From IMG/VR virus record IMGVR_UViG_3300022555_000009: a stretch of 64,000 bases of DNA, one strand, 5' to 3'. Positions 28,276-38,094 of this stretch are shown piece after piece. Both the position numbers and the translations under genes were made by a program. Under the pieces are notes generated by a model. It was not told where the DNA came from and ran no database searches. It saw only the letters and a program-made list of their open reading frames with translations. The stretch is from a virus. The stretch's first letter is position 1; every line of letters starts with the position of its first letter.

Positions 28276-30621
28276 TTAACAGATCCCTGTCAATCCGGAG
28301 TCACTTAATACAACGGTGAGATTATTTTGATACCAGGTATTATTTAGAGCACATAGATAATTGACTTGATACGTACCTGCAGAAACCATGGGCAATAGGC
28401 CAGGATTGCTAGGTATGCATAGCCACCCCACTTCATTGATATCATTTTCCATTCGAGAAGAATGTAATTCTCCCAAGTACTTTTCTGTTACGTCTATACA
28501 GAAAGCTTTAGTCATCGACACATCTATGTAACAGGGTAAAGTAGATACTTTAATAGTCAAATCATTTCCTGTGCAAAGTCCAACTATACGGCTTGAGCTT
28601 ACTTTATATCTTCCGTCATAACTGAACCTAACAGGAATAGGGGGATTCCCTATATAGATGGTGTATTGACCACTAACTCCCGAGCTTGAATCGGTTGTAC
28701 TAGAGTAAGGGCCTGGACTATCAGCATTATACATGAGAATCTTCTTTTGAGATCCTGGCACCGCTGTTTGATGCAAGTACAGGGGCTTATCGAAGGAAGG
28801 ATTTAAAGTTTGAATAGAAGATATAGATGTATAATCTATATAAGGCGCCCCAGTATACGCTCCATTGTATGATACAAAAGCCTCTGAGGTAAATCCAATA
28901 GCGTTAAGCATTAACGGTAAATTATTACCTATAGGTAAATCATTCCAATCCGCTAAACGCCAGCCAGGATATGTTGTTGATACGATATTGATCCAATTAG
29001 CATTTGAGTAGGCCGGTAAATCAGTTAATTTGAATTGAAATACATTAAATGTAGGTACATCACCTGCTATAAATCCCGGTACATCAACAGGTGTATCAGA
29101 TACGACAAAAGAATTCTTAAATACTTTTTTAGCCGCCACTGTATAAATACCCTTAGTTACTTTCTGTACAGTAGTTGTAAAGTTCCAGGTTCCATTGGTG
29201 CTGAGAAGAATAGATATATCTGTGTTCGCCGAAGTAGATCCCTTACCTGAGAAAGGAGAAATGCCTATATCGGTAGGAGTACACGTCCAGGAGTAAGTAA
29301 CGGGCAAGTCAAATAAAGAAGACTCCACTCCAGATAAAGGAGGTGTTACTACTTTATAAGTTAACTGTGTAGGTCTTGCATAATGTGCAGAGAATCCTGG
29401 ACTTATGGATGCAGCCATTGATGGAAGAGCTGGTTCGTTTGCTTTATCTAAAATAGCAGATAAGTTAGTTGTAAAAGCGGAATTATCCAAGCCGCCCCAA
29501 GCAACTACAATCAGACCGGAGAACTGATTATTTAAAGCTGCCTTTATTTGAGGGGAGGAATAACTAGCAGTTAAGGAGTCAATCAGGTGTTGTACTCCAC
29601 CAGACTCATAAGAAATATTAAACATATAAATGCCAGTAGTCGCTAAGGCAGAGGCAAATTGTTTAATTATATCCACTACTTGATGTATGAGAACCACGAG
29701 GGCTTTAACTTTATCGATGATAGCTTGTATGAGTGCCAGTACTGCTGCTTCGGTTGCCTTGGCGACATTTAGCATAAAATCAACGAGGCGGAAACAAGCG
29801 TCTAAAACTTCTTGGAGGATGCCTAAGTTCTCAGGACTAAAAGTTTCCCAATGAGCTCGAGACTCCGCGGCATTTAAATCATTGACAAGAGATACTTGTA
29901 ACTTCCTAATATTGTCGTTAGAGTCTTTTATATCCTTCACCACCTGAGGCTTCTCGTCGCCTAAAGAAAAATTGGTAACTGATAACTGAGAACCTTCCAC
30001 AATAATGTTATCGTGGATTTTCTTCATATCCGTGTTAAGCTCTTTCGCATACTGGTTCACGGTATCTTTATAAGTTTTTGCTACTTTTTCGAACGCAGAG
30101 AAATCTGTAAACCAACTACCCAGCAATGTCATTGTTTTAATGAAGTCATTGGGAAGTGGAGCGGTGACAAGAAAACCCCAAGCGCCAGTCTGAGTGTACT
30201 GGCCCCATTGGGGTCTATAATGATCTTTCGTATTTGCAAAAGAAGCGTTAAATTCTTGAAAAGCTTCCATCGGAGTTAAAGACGGGATTTTAATATATAC
30301 GTCTTCAACAATACCCACAGTAGATTCGCGCTTATTTATAGCATTCCACGGGTGGATAACTATGTAACCACCTCCGACAGATATGAGAGCTTTTAAGTAT
30401 AATTTTAATTGATCAGCAACTGCTTTAACAGTAGCCGCAACAGGGTCTACTAGGGATTTGAAAAGCCAAGCTATGTAATTAAGAGCGGTTTGTACCCACT
30501 GAACTAAGTTATCTACCCAAGATAAAAAGTTGTCAAGGCCGTCGAGGACGCTCTGTATCTGGTCCCCTATGTCTACTCCCAAGTTGTGTATTGTTTGCCA
30601 ATTGGCTGGACTCGAGGACAT
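28276..30621 (-). CDS. Hypothetical virion/baseplate protein
   Basis: 781 aa with a helical N-half and beta-rich C-half. It has a GGAGG RBS and lies in the tail gene region. Confidence 0.55.
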   Translation of the reverse strand: MSSSPANWQTIHNLGVDIGDQIQSVLDGLDNFLSWVDNLVQWVQTALNYIAWLFKSLVDPVAATVKAVADQLKLYLKALISVGGGYIVIHPWNAINKRESTVGIVEDVYIKIPSLTPMEAFQEFNASFANTKDHYRPQWGQYTQTGAWGFLVTAPLPNDFIKTMTLLGSWFTDFSAFEKVAKTYKDTVNQYAKELNTDMKKIHDNIIVEGSQLSVTNFSLGDEKPQVVKDIKDSNDNIRKLQVSLVNDLNAAESRAHWETFSPENLGILQEVLDACFRLVDFMLNVAKATEAAVLALIQAIIDKVKALVVLIHQVVDIIKQFASALATTGIYMFNISYESGGVQHLIDSLTASYSSPQIKAALNNQFSGLIVVAWGGLDNSAFTTNLSAILDKANEPALPSMAASISPGFSAHYARPTQLTYKVVTPPLSGVESSLFDLPVTYSWTCTPTDIGISPFSGKGSTSANTDISILLSTNGTWNFTTTVQKVTKGIYTVAAKKVFKNSFVVSDTPVDVPGFIAGDVPTFNVFQFKLTDLPAYSNANWINIVSTTYPGWRLADWNDLPIGNNLPLMLNAIGFTSEAFVSYNGAYTGAPYIDYTSISSIQTLNPSFDKPLYLHQTAVPGSQKKILMYNADSPGPYSSTTDSSSGVSGQYTIYIGNPPIPVRFSYDGRYKVSSSRIVGLCTGNDLTIKVSTLPCYIDVSMTKAFCIDVTEKYLGELHSSRMENDINEVGWLCIPSNPGLLPMVSAGTYQVNYLCALNNTWYQNNLTVVLSDSGLTGIC

Positions 30622-30766
30622 GTATTAAAACCTCCACACTCTTTGTAATATCTTCAAACTCTTTTTTGATTTCGGCTATCATCTCCTTAGAGTAGACCCC
30701 GAGAATATTACCTAGCTCTTTATTTAGTGGTTTTAATGTTCCGTCATCGAGTCCAGTCAAGTCCAT
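30533..30766 (-). CDS. Small hypothetical protein
   Basis: 77 aa ORF filling the gap between co-oriented genes. Confidence 0.45.
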   Translation of the reverse strand: MDLTGLDDGTLKPLNKELGNILGVYSKEMIAEIKKEFEDITKSVEVLIHVLESSQLANNTQLGSRHRGPDTERPRRP

Positions 30767-30772
30767 AGTTTT

Positions 30773-31153
30773 TTACTCTGGGTGCTTAATAACTGCAGAC
30801 AAGCCCAAGGCAACTGTCCCCGTCACTATCGTTTCTATCTTGTCGAAAATACTCTCAGATAGCATGAGGGACTCAGGGAACTCAATTTCCTGCTTTGCCA
30901 TCTCCTCAATTTCAGCGTTCACTAAAGTCTGTTGCTCTGGCGTCAAAGTATAAGATTCCTCTTTGCCTTCTTCCACAGGATTCTTTGTAGAATTCTTCTC
31001 TATGAGTTCTTGCCTCTTCTTAAAAAAAGCAGCTACATCTGGCTGCAACTTCTTAATAACCCTTTCTAGCTTAAAAGAGAAAGAGATAGGAATATCTTTT
31101 TCTAAGATCTTATTTGCAGATTCGACGACAACTATAGCCTCATTCAATTTCAT
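30773..31153 (-). CDS. DUF1617-like small phage protein (paralog 1)
   Basis: IPISFSFKLERVIKKLQP...KKRQELI, similar to gene 31245-31601. Confidence 0.6.
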   Translation of the reverse strand: MKLNEAIVVVESANKILEKDIPISFSFKLERVIKKLQPDVAAFFKKRQELIEKNSTKNPVEEGKEESYTLTPEQQTLVNAEIEEMAKQEIEFPESLMLSESIFDKIETIVTGTVALGLSAVIKHPE

Positions 31154-31244
31154 TTATTTTCTCCCTTCTTAATATGATAGACTGAATCTCTAATAATTAT
31201 TGTATTACTGGAGGGATAACCTCTCGCTCATTATTTGATAATGT

Positions 31245-31601
31245 CTAATTCTCTTCTATGCTATCTAAAAGTATATAGATATACTTAGCTTCTATGTCAA
31301 TGTCCTTTATATCCTCAAGCTTTATCTTTGGCACGTCAATATCAACCTCGATATTAAGAAGGTCGTTCATTGTCTCAGTATACTTATCAATGTTTGCTCT
31401 AGGTATCGTGTACTTCTCACCATCCTCTGAGGTTCCTAGCTCCTTTAAAAGCTCATCCCTTTTCTTTGTGAATGCCTCATACTCTGGCTGCACCTTCTTG
31501 ATGAACACAGATAGCTTGAAACCAACCGATGCCTTCATTGGCTTTGTAACCAATACGTTCATCGCCTCCAGTGCCTCAATAACCTTTCCTAGACTTGTCA
31601 T
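31245..31601 (-). CDS. DUF1617-like small phage protein (paralog 2)
   Basis: MKASVGFKLSVFIKKVQP...KKRDELL...LLNIEVDI, with a GAAGGAG RBS. Confidence 0.65.
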   Translation of the reverse strand: MTSLGKVIEALEAMNVLVTKPMKASVGFKLSVFIKKVQPEYEAFTKKRDELLKELGTSEDGEKYTIPRANIDKYTETMNDLLNIEVDIDVPKIKLEDIKDIDIEAKYIYILLDSIEEN

Positions 31602-31645
31602 TTTATCTCCTTCCTGTATTTAGTTCAAAATGAAAATTTTATAGT

Positions 31646-34600
31646 TTATCCTGCTGTCATTACTGTGATGTACACCGGATACGTTCCACCAGTAGTGAAT
31701 GACCAGGCAACCCCTGTATTAGCCCTTGTACAGGTTGCTCCTGAACTTGAAAATGTTCCCATTATATTGTTTGCTACCGTGCCATTAGTATATAATATTA
31801 TCATTCCACTGCCACCAGACATTTTCCATATCACAACATGTGTTCCCGTTATATTTAAATTTACAGTTGTACTTATTGGTATATAAGTAGCCCATACCGC
31901 TCCATTTGCTGGGTTACTCTGCCCAAAGTTAATACCTCCAATAGAACCTGTATAATAGATATTTGTTCCTGATACCAAAAGAGACACTGTAGAAGGGTTA
32001 AAGGTAAACCCTGTGGATGTCTTTAGTGTTCCTGTCGATGCAAGTGTAGTAAACAAAGGATAATAGTTTGCAGAAGTTGTATGATCCTCTGTTGATGTCA
32101 GTGTAGCACTAGCATTTATAAGGGATGCCCAAGTTCCCGTAGCTACTGTTCCTACCGTAGTGAGATTGGAACATGTTGTTATGCTTGATTGCGTAGCAGA
32201 TGACACTGTGCTAGCGCTTGATACTGTAAGGCTACCACCACCAGTGGTAGTTCCACTTATAGTTCCACTTCCAGTTACATTTGTAGCGTTTGTGGCTGTT
32301 CCTGATAGACTACCACTGAAAGTAGTTGCTGTAACCGTTGTTCCTGATATTGTCATCCCTAAAGTCCCACCAGCACCAGCATGTCCTGAAGTATCAAGAG
32401 CAGAGGAAGTCCAAAACTTCAAAGCTCCCATAGTGGTTGCCATAGAAGCCCCTGATTGTGCATTATCCATCCCTATAGTCAACTGAACTGGGGAACCATT
32501 CACTTCTGCTATCCTGATACTTGGGGCATCACTAGCACTGAAAATAGCTACATCATAAGCTACTGCTGCTGGTAAGTTCGCGTATGCCACACCTTTACTT
32601 ATATTTAATACAGCCCCTGCTGTTACAGGAGCATTGGTACCATTCATCCAAATATTTCCAACACTATTAACCTGAAAATATGCATTTGTTCTATTTGGAG
32701 AGGCTGGACCAAAATGATATGCTATGGAATCCACTCCCTGATAACCCCCAGTTCCTTGCAGATACCCAATTCCATAATAACCCACACCTAAATTTATCAT
32801 GGGGGCATAGCCACCAGTTACATAGCTAGTAGTAAACCCCTGTGTTACGACGCTACTTGTTGTTCCATACCCTGTTGAAGCTCGCACTACTCCACTAGCA
32901 GCTATATTTCCCCCAGCCATAGTGATGGCATTGTTAGTGATAGTACCAGAATCACTAGCACCACCTGATACAATCATATAACCACCAGAACCACCTAGCT
33001 GGCTGAGCCTTACCACATACGAGGTATTTACATCATTATAAACAGCAGTTCCATTATGATATACCCTATATTGTGAGGTTGAATCCTTGTAGGCATCAAT
33101 GAAGAAGGTATCAGTAGCACCTGTGGTCTGTAGCTTTATTCCTCCTGCACCTAACACATGGAGGATAGTGCTGGGGGCAGTACCAATACCAACATTTCCT
33201 GAGCCATCTATCCTCATTCTTTCTGAACCTGAGGTTCCAAAAATCAATGGTATTGCATTGTTTACCCCAAGGACAAAAAAGGTATTAGAGTTAGAATATA
33301 ACAGTGTCATATTGTTAGTAGACTGTCCAAACAGTGTATTTCCATTTGCAGTGCTATACTGGTATAATTGTCCAACATAGGTAGAATTTGCCTTGGCTTG
33401 TATTACGGCATACCCTGTAGATGAGGATGTTTCCACATTGGATTTCAATGCTGAAGAGCTATATACATCAAGAATATTTGTTGGTGCCCTACCTATGCCA
33501 ATATTTCCACCAACATACAAGTCCTGCGCTATGTACTCACCACCTGATACCAGTAATGCTCCCGTTGATGTAGACGTGGTATTAGTGGCATTCGTCAATG
33601 TAAACTGGTTTGCGTAGGTTCCAGACAAACCTAGGGGACTCGCAGGAATTCCCAATCCTATTAAAGTATAATCGGAGTCGACCGACGTCATTCCATTAAA
33701 GGACCCGCTTATAGATGCTATCTTCGTAGCATTGATAGCGTCAGTTTCTTGTATGATCCAATTGCCGCCTTGATACCTCAGTATAACTCTTTGAATCGGT
33801 ACCATTTCCGGTATAACTGCGGCTAGTCCACCTAAGTTAAGAGAAGTAAAATTGCTTGCCTGCTCACTCGATAGAGAACCACTGCTTTGGCCTTGAATCC
33901 AGATATATCTATAGCTTTGGGATCCCGCGTCATTCGTAGCAGGCACACTTAAAAGCCACATAGACATATAGGAATTATTACCCATCGATGCTTGTTGCCA
34001 CACAGTTCCTGTCCACTGGTTCCAGTAGGGGGTATTGCCGCTCAAAAGGGCAATGTCAGCTTGGCTAGTTGACCAGTTTAAAGCCGCACCAGCTCCAGAT
34101 AAGTACATTATAGTGTACACACTTGAAGTGTAAGATGGATTTAATAAAGAGGGATTAGCTGTGATAAGGTCTTCATCTTTAATATTAGATAAGGCTACAA
34201 CGGGCCGCCGAGCTGTAGCTGTATTAGAGGAGGGAATAGACCCTTGCCATGAGAGTGATCCGCCGCTCATCAGGTATGTTCCAATTGTTTGATGGAGCTC
34301 TTGATGAGTCAGATAATTCATCATACCGTGACACTCTCGCAGAGCAAATCTAAATGTCGCGGAGGTGTCCCAGTAAACGAAAGCTATTTGTACCTGATCG
34401 AATGTCCACGGGGTTGTAGCCCAGACATAATTCAGTCCATCGTAGTACAGATATAAGGGTGTAGTTGGCGCAGCAGCATGAACAGGAGAAACCCATCCAT
34501 CAGTTAAACCAGGTACTGGTCTTCCTCTGAAGTATCCTTGGAAATTGGTGCCTGTGAGTGTTATTGTTCTTGAGGCTGAACTGTATGTCATAATAACATT

Positions 34601-36031
34601 CGCGGGGTTATCAAAGCCGCTAGGGTCTTTCTGTAGGCTTCTTACCGCATTAAGATCAGCGCCGCCTACGGTGACATTAGATAAATTAGGATTACCCCCG
34701 GAGTCTATAAAAAAGGCTTCGTTGCCCAGCGGTATTCTAGGGCTCTCATAAGATATATTTTTTAAGTAGTAATCGTTTCTATATGTCTTAAAGGAGGGTC
34801 CCGTCCAAGCGAAAGTATCTATGTTAGTAAGATCAATGAGTCTGAAATCAGATAGCTCAGCGTTGGCGTGATATAATCCTCCTGCGCTGTATAGGGTACA
34901 TCCCCCTATTTCTAGGACGGGGTCAAAGGACCATGCGGATGTGCTGACAGTTGTATACGCGTCTGCTAAGACAGTACTATCTTCTCCTATGATATAAAGA
35001 TGTTGCTTATTATTAATTCGATCAATGCTTACTCGGAAATATAACCACTGCTGGATTTGAGCATTCGTAGTTACTGCGTTTCCAAGAGGTAGTCCACTTC
35101 CTCCAGACTGAGAAGAATATATTCTAAATTTATGTACGCTTTGATCATAAACAAGGAAGTCTAACCAATCAGCAGAGCCTCCTTTTTCAATACCGAGGAT
35201 ATACTGAGAGGTTGCAGTATCATAAGTAAATCTTGGTCGTATCCATCCCTCCCATATAAAGGAAACAGGATGCGCAAAATTCTGATAAACCAATTGATTT
35301 AAAGTCGTGGTGCCTAAATGAAACGGCGTTGCAATACGACCGAGTTCCAACTGTACTTGAGTAGCATAAGTGAATTTAGGGCTTGATCCATTATGATCAA
35401 TTCTTATGAACTGGTTAGCCCCAGTGATGTCTCCTGAAGTAGTGAAAGTAGACTCAATCTTATACCACTGGCCGACAGGAATAGACGCAGCTAAAATCTG
35501 ATTCTGAACTAAGGTACCTGTACTAGATAACACATATAAATTAATGAGAGAAGCAGCCTCCTGCATAACCCAAGCGGACACAGTATATACCGTATTAGGA
35601 GATAGGGTTAATCCTAAAAATTCATAGTATTGCTGACCAGCGGATGTTTTAGAAAACTTTCTTACGTTGCCCAAGTATCCGTATGGAGCTTTTACTACCT
35701 CTGTGAAGGTGAGCCCTGTATTCGTCCATCCCGTACCGCTCTCAACAGGATCAAGGATTAAGTTTGACGTGTTATCATAGAGAGAAATATTGGGAATTCT
35801 ATTACCATCAGCCCACTGTTTGCATTTTATATTATCCTGACCCAAAATATAGGGAACATTAGTATTAACAACATTGACAGTAGGTACATTACCTTCTGAA
35901 GAAACACAACCAGAGTCCCTGAAGTCAAGAAAAACTTCACGAGGATTATTTGGAGTTACAAACGGTACAGGCTTGGATAAAGCCTGTACCGTTGCTGATG
36001 AGATATTAATAATTTCGTTGGCGTTGGCCAT
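31646..36031 (-). CDS. Long tail fibre / receptor-binding protein with carbohydrate-binding and LamG-like domains
   Basis: LSPNTVYTVSAWV...QLELGRIATPF (CBM-like), a LamG-like segment, ERMRIDGSGNVGIGT fibre repeats and TSTSTGALLVSGG. Confidence 0.8.
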   Translation of the reverse strand: MANANEIINISSATVQALSKPVPFVTPNNPREVFLDFRDSGCVSSEGNVPTVNVVNTNVPYILGQDNIKCKQWADGNRIPNISLYDNTSNLILDPVESGTGWTNTGLTFTEVVKAPYGYLGNVRKFSKTSAGQQYYEFLGLTLSPNTVYTVSAWVMQEAASLINLYVLSSTGTLVQNQILAASIPVGQWYKIESTFTTSGDITGANQFIRIDHNGSSPKFTYATQVQLELGRIATPFHLGTTTLNQLVYQNFAHPVSFIWEGWIRPRFTYDTATSQYILGIEKGGSADWLDFLVYDQSVHKFRIYSSQSGGSGLPLGNAVTTNAQIQQWLYFRVSIDRINNKQHLYIIGEDSTVLADAYTTVSTSAWSFDPVLEIGGCTLYSAGGLYHANAELSDFRLIDLTNIDTFAWTGPSFKTYRNDYYLKNISYESPRIPLGNEAFFIDSGGNPNLSNVTVGGADLNAVRSLQKDPSGFDNPANVIMTYSSASRTITLTGTNFQGYFRGRPVPGLTDGWVSPVHAAAPTTPLYLYYDGLNYVWATTPWTFDQVQIAFVYWDTSATFRFALRECHGMMNYLTHQELHQTIGTYLMSGGSLSWQGSIPSSNTATARRPVVALSNIKDEDLITANPSLLNPSYTSSVYTIMYLSGAGAALNWSTSQADIALLSGNTPYWNQWTGTVWQQASMGNNSYMSMWLLSVPATNDAGSQSYRYIWIQGQSSGSLSSEQASNFTSLNLGGLAAVIPEMVPIQRVILRYQGGNWIIQETDAINATKIASISGSFNGMTSVDSDYTLIGLGIPASPLGLSGTYANQFTLTNATNTTSTSTGALLVSGGEYIAQDLYVGGNIGIGRAPTNILDVYSSSALKSNVETSSSTGYAVIQAKANSTYVGQLYQYSTANGNTLFGQSTNNMTLLYSNSNTFFVLGVNNAIPLIFGTSGSERMRIDGSGNVGIGTAPSTILHVLGAGGIKLQTTGATDTFFIDAYKDSTSQYRVYHNGTAVYNDVNTSYVVRLSQLGGSGGYMIVSGGASDSGTITNNAITMAGGNIAASGVVRASTGYGTTSSVVTQGFTTSYVTGGYAPMINLGVGYYGIGYLQGTGGYQGVDSIAYHFGPASPNRTNAYFQVNSVGNIWMNGTNAPVTAGAVLNISKGVAYANLPAAVAYDVAIFSASDAPSIRIAEVNGSPVQLTIGMDNAQSGASMATTMGALKFWTSSALDTSGHAGAGGTLGMTISGTTVTATTFSGSLSGTATNATNVTGSGTISGTTTGGGSLTVSSASTVSSATQSSITTCSNLTTVGTVATGTWASLINASATLTSTEDHTTSANYYPLFTTLASTGTLKTSTGFTFNPSTVSLLVSGTNIYYTGSIGGINFGQSNPANGAVWATYIPISTTVNLNITGTHVVIWKMSGGSGMIILYTNGTVANNIMGTFSSSGATCTRANTGVAWSFTTGGTYPVYITVMTAG

Positions 36032-36051
36032 TCTTTAATCCCTTATTAAAG

Positions 36052-36058
36052 AATTAGT
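36052..36058 (-). promoter_or_regulatory. ACTAATT putative late promoter
   Basis: Motif upstream of the fibre gene RBS. Confidence 0.65.
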
Positions 36059-36065
36059 AAGAATT

Positions 36066-36356
36066 TTACCCGCCAACACCTTCGCCACCATTGCTACCAC
36101 CGTGATCTCCTTCTTCGGCTATTACGTCAGGAGGAGTAGGCCAGAAAGCAACTCCCCTTACTGTAAGATTAGTCTCACCCTGCTCTTGAAACGCGTCACC
36201 AGTGACAATCATATTCCCATTGGCAGCAAAATACTGACAAATTGCTTTACCTATCTTTATCCAAGTATCAGTTAGCGTTTTTCTCATGGAAGCTGGAACA
36301 CCAGGATCTACAAGAATAGAGGCTATTAGTTTTCCTAGTTCTTCGCCGTCTAGCAT
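36066..36356 (-). CDS. Small baseplate-associated protein
   Basis: Likely start MLDGEELGKLI after AAAGGA. It lies directly downstream of the spike gene. Confidence 0.55.
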   Translation of the reverse strand: MLDGEELGKLIASILVDPGVPASMRKTLTDTWIKIGKAICQYFAANGNMIVTGDAFQEQGETNLTVRGVAFWPTPPDVIAEEGDHGGSNGGEGVGG

Positions 36357-36369
36357 GATTTTTCCTTTT

Positions 36370-37440
36370 TTAAAAGCCGGCGAACACAGCCGCAGTGTGT
36401 GGTACGCCTGTGAATAGACAGAAGGGTAACCCGCAGAAGGGGCCGGGGCCTCCAGCATTTGGAGTAGTAGCTCCGTTAGGGAATTTTAAAAAATTAGAGG
36501 TAACGTATAAAGCAGATGTGGACACGGTGATCGCGGGTGCCGTTAATGTAATAGCGCCTCCTGCAGTTATGGTAACTACTCCAGCTCCAGCTGTTAAAGC
36601 CAAAGCCCCGGCCGCTACCGTCAAAGCATATGCTCCTGCTGTCACCGTAGTGGCGGATCCACCCGCCACTATAGTTTTAACTTCTCCTAATCCAATTACT
36701 TCTGTTTTAGTTGTAGTAGTGAAATCATTGCGAGCGGCGAGAGTAGCCATAGACATGTCGCCAGAGGCAGTAACCTGATAAGTGCCTCCAGCTCTCACCC
36801 CGACAGATCCGTGAGTCTTAGAATCATATGATTCATGTGTTTCTGTATGACTCCCGGAGTTTATAGTCATAGAATCAACTTCGAAATCACCCAAAGTACC
36901 CGTAACAATCATTTCGCCCTTATTAGTGAAATTGATTTTCATTTTTCTATTCTGTACCACTAGAGTGCCATCAGAGTCGTGCATCATCACTAGTTTATTG
37001 CTGTATACCATTCCGGAGATACCTAAGGCTTTATCCGTGAACTCGATAGCATCATTTGCTTTGACTATAAAGCTAAGATTATTATATCGGGATAGCTTAA
37101 AACCAGCGTTGGTCTCAGCCTCTTGAATAAGACTTATGGCATTTACTACTTCCCTCGAGCCATCCGTTATCTCTGCTGGGCCTAAAATAAACCCTACTTG
37201 GAAGTCTTCCACGGTCAAGACCCATACATAATCGCCTACGTTATAGGCACTCTGAGTATTCTTGAAGAAATTAGGGAAGCGAGGTAACTGGTCAATTACC
37301 GTAAAGTCTTGCATATCAGGTAGAATACGACATGCATAGTTATTATGATCAAAGTTCTCTACAGTATCGTAGTATTTTTCATCTTCGATTACGGCCTTAC
37401 ATAATCGATAATCAGTTTTTATCTGAAAGGGCGCGTTCAT
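36370..37440 (-). CDS. Baseplate central spike (gp5/gpV-like)
   Basis: N-terminal OB-fold-like YNVGDYVWV...GFILG, beta-helix repeats and an apical CLFTGVPH motif. Confidence 0.75.
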   Translation of the reverse strand: MNAPFQIKTDYRLCKAVIEDEKYYDTVENFDHNNYACRILPDMQDFTVIDQLPRFPNFFKNTQSAYNVGDYVWVLTVEDFQVGFILGPAEITDGSREVVNAISLIQEAETNAGFKLSRYNNLSFIVKANDAIEFTDKALGISGMVYSNKLVMMHDSDGTLVVQNRKMKINFTNKGEMIVTGTLGDFEVDSMTINSGSHTETHESYDSKTHGSVGVRAGGTYQVTASGDMSMATLAARNDFTTTTKTEVIGLGEVKTIVAGGSATTVTAGAYALTVAAGALALTAGAGVVTITAGGAITLTAPAITVSTSALYVTSNFLKFPNGATTPNAGGPGPFCGLPFCLFTGVPHTAAVFAGF

Positions 37441-37549
37441 CTTCGTTTTCCTTTAGCTCAGATTCTTTTTGAATTGACTCTTGCGTCTGCTCCAAAGGTT
37501 CGTCTCCGAAAAGACGCTTTTCTAAGTAATCTAACTTGACAGAGTCCAT
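37412..37549 (-). CDS. Small acidic protein (45 aa), not in ORF track
   Basis: TAATG coupling to the upstream gene. Sequence begins MDSVKLDYLEKRLFGDEPLE. Confidence 0.45.
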   Translation of the reverse strand: MDSVKLDYLEKRLFGDEPLEQTQESIQKESELKENEDERALSDKN

Positions 37550-38094
37550 TATGTACCTCTATTATTTAGTGAGTTTTCGGTATTAGTCGAACCCACTTCA
37601 GCTATGATATTTTTCGATAACTGAGAAAGTACATATTGCTGTGTTTGCCACGACTCCAATAGTCGGCGTAGAAAAGACACCTTATGATCTGCTACTAGGA
37701 CTTCATCATTTAAAGCTCTATACTCCTCTTTGAATTCCTTGCGCACCAACATCTCTAGTTCTTTAGCTGCTACCCACTTCTGAGCTGACATATCAGATCG
37801 ATTTTCTCTATGCCGTATGTCAATATACTTATCCGCATACCAGTCGTCGAATTCTTCCTTCTTCTTAGTATGGTCAATCTTGGCTACATTGTAAAGACTA
37901 AGAAGAGTTAAATATATTAGCTGATAATTGCATAATGCTGAATTGAGTTCGTGAAAAGAGATTTCTTTGTCGGATCCGATGTGAGAATACTCTTTCATCT
38001 TTTCGATTTGAGCATTGACAAAAATTATAAAAAGCTCCTCCGGAGGAGCTTTTTGATCAAGAATACTGGGCTGCTTCACTGGTCGCTGTTCCAT
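37549..38094 (-). CDS. UvsY-like recombination mediator candidate
   Basis: All-helical 181 aa protein translationally coupled to recA. It contains FDDWYADKY...ELEMLV. Confidence 0.55.
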   Translation of the reverse strand: MEQRPVKQPSILDQKAPPEELFIIFVNAQIEKMKEYSHIGSDKEISFHELNSALCNYQLIYLTLLSLYNVAKIDHTKKKEEFDDWYADKYIDIRHRENRSDMSAQKWVAAKELEMLVRKEFKEEYRALNDEVLVADHKVSFLRRLLESWQTQQYVLSQLSKNIIAEVGSTNTENSLNNRGT

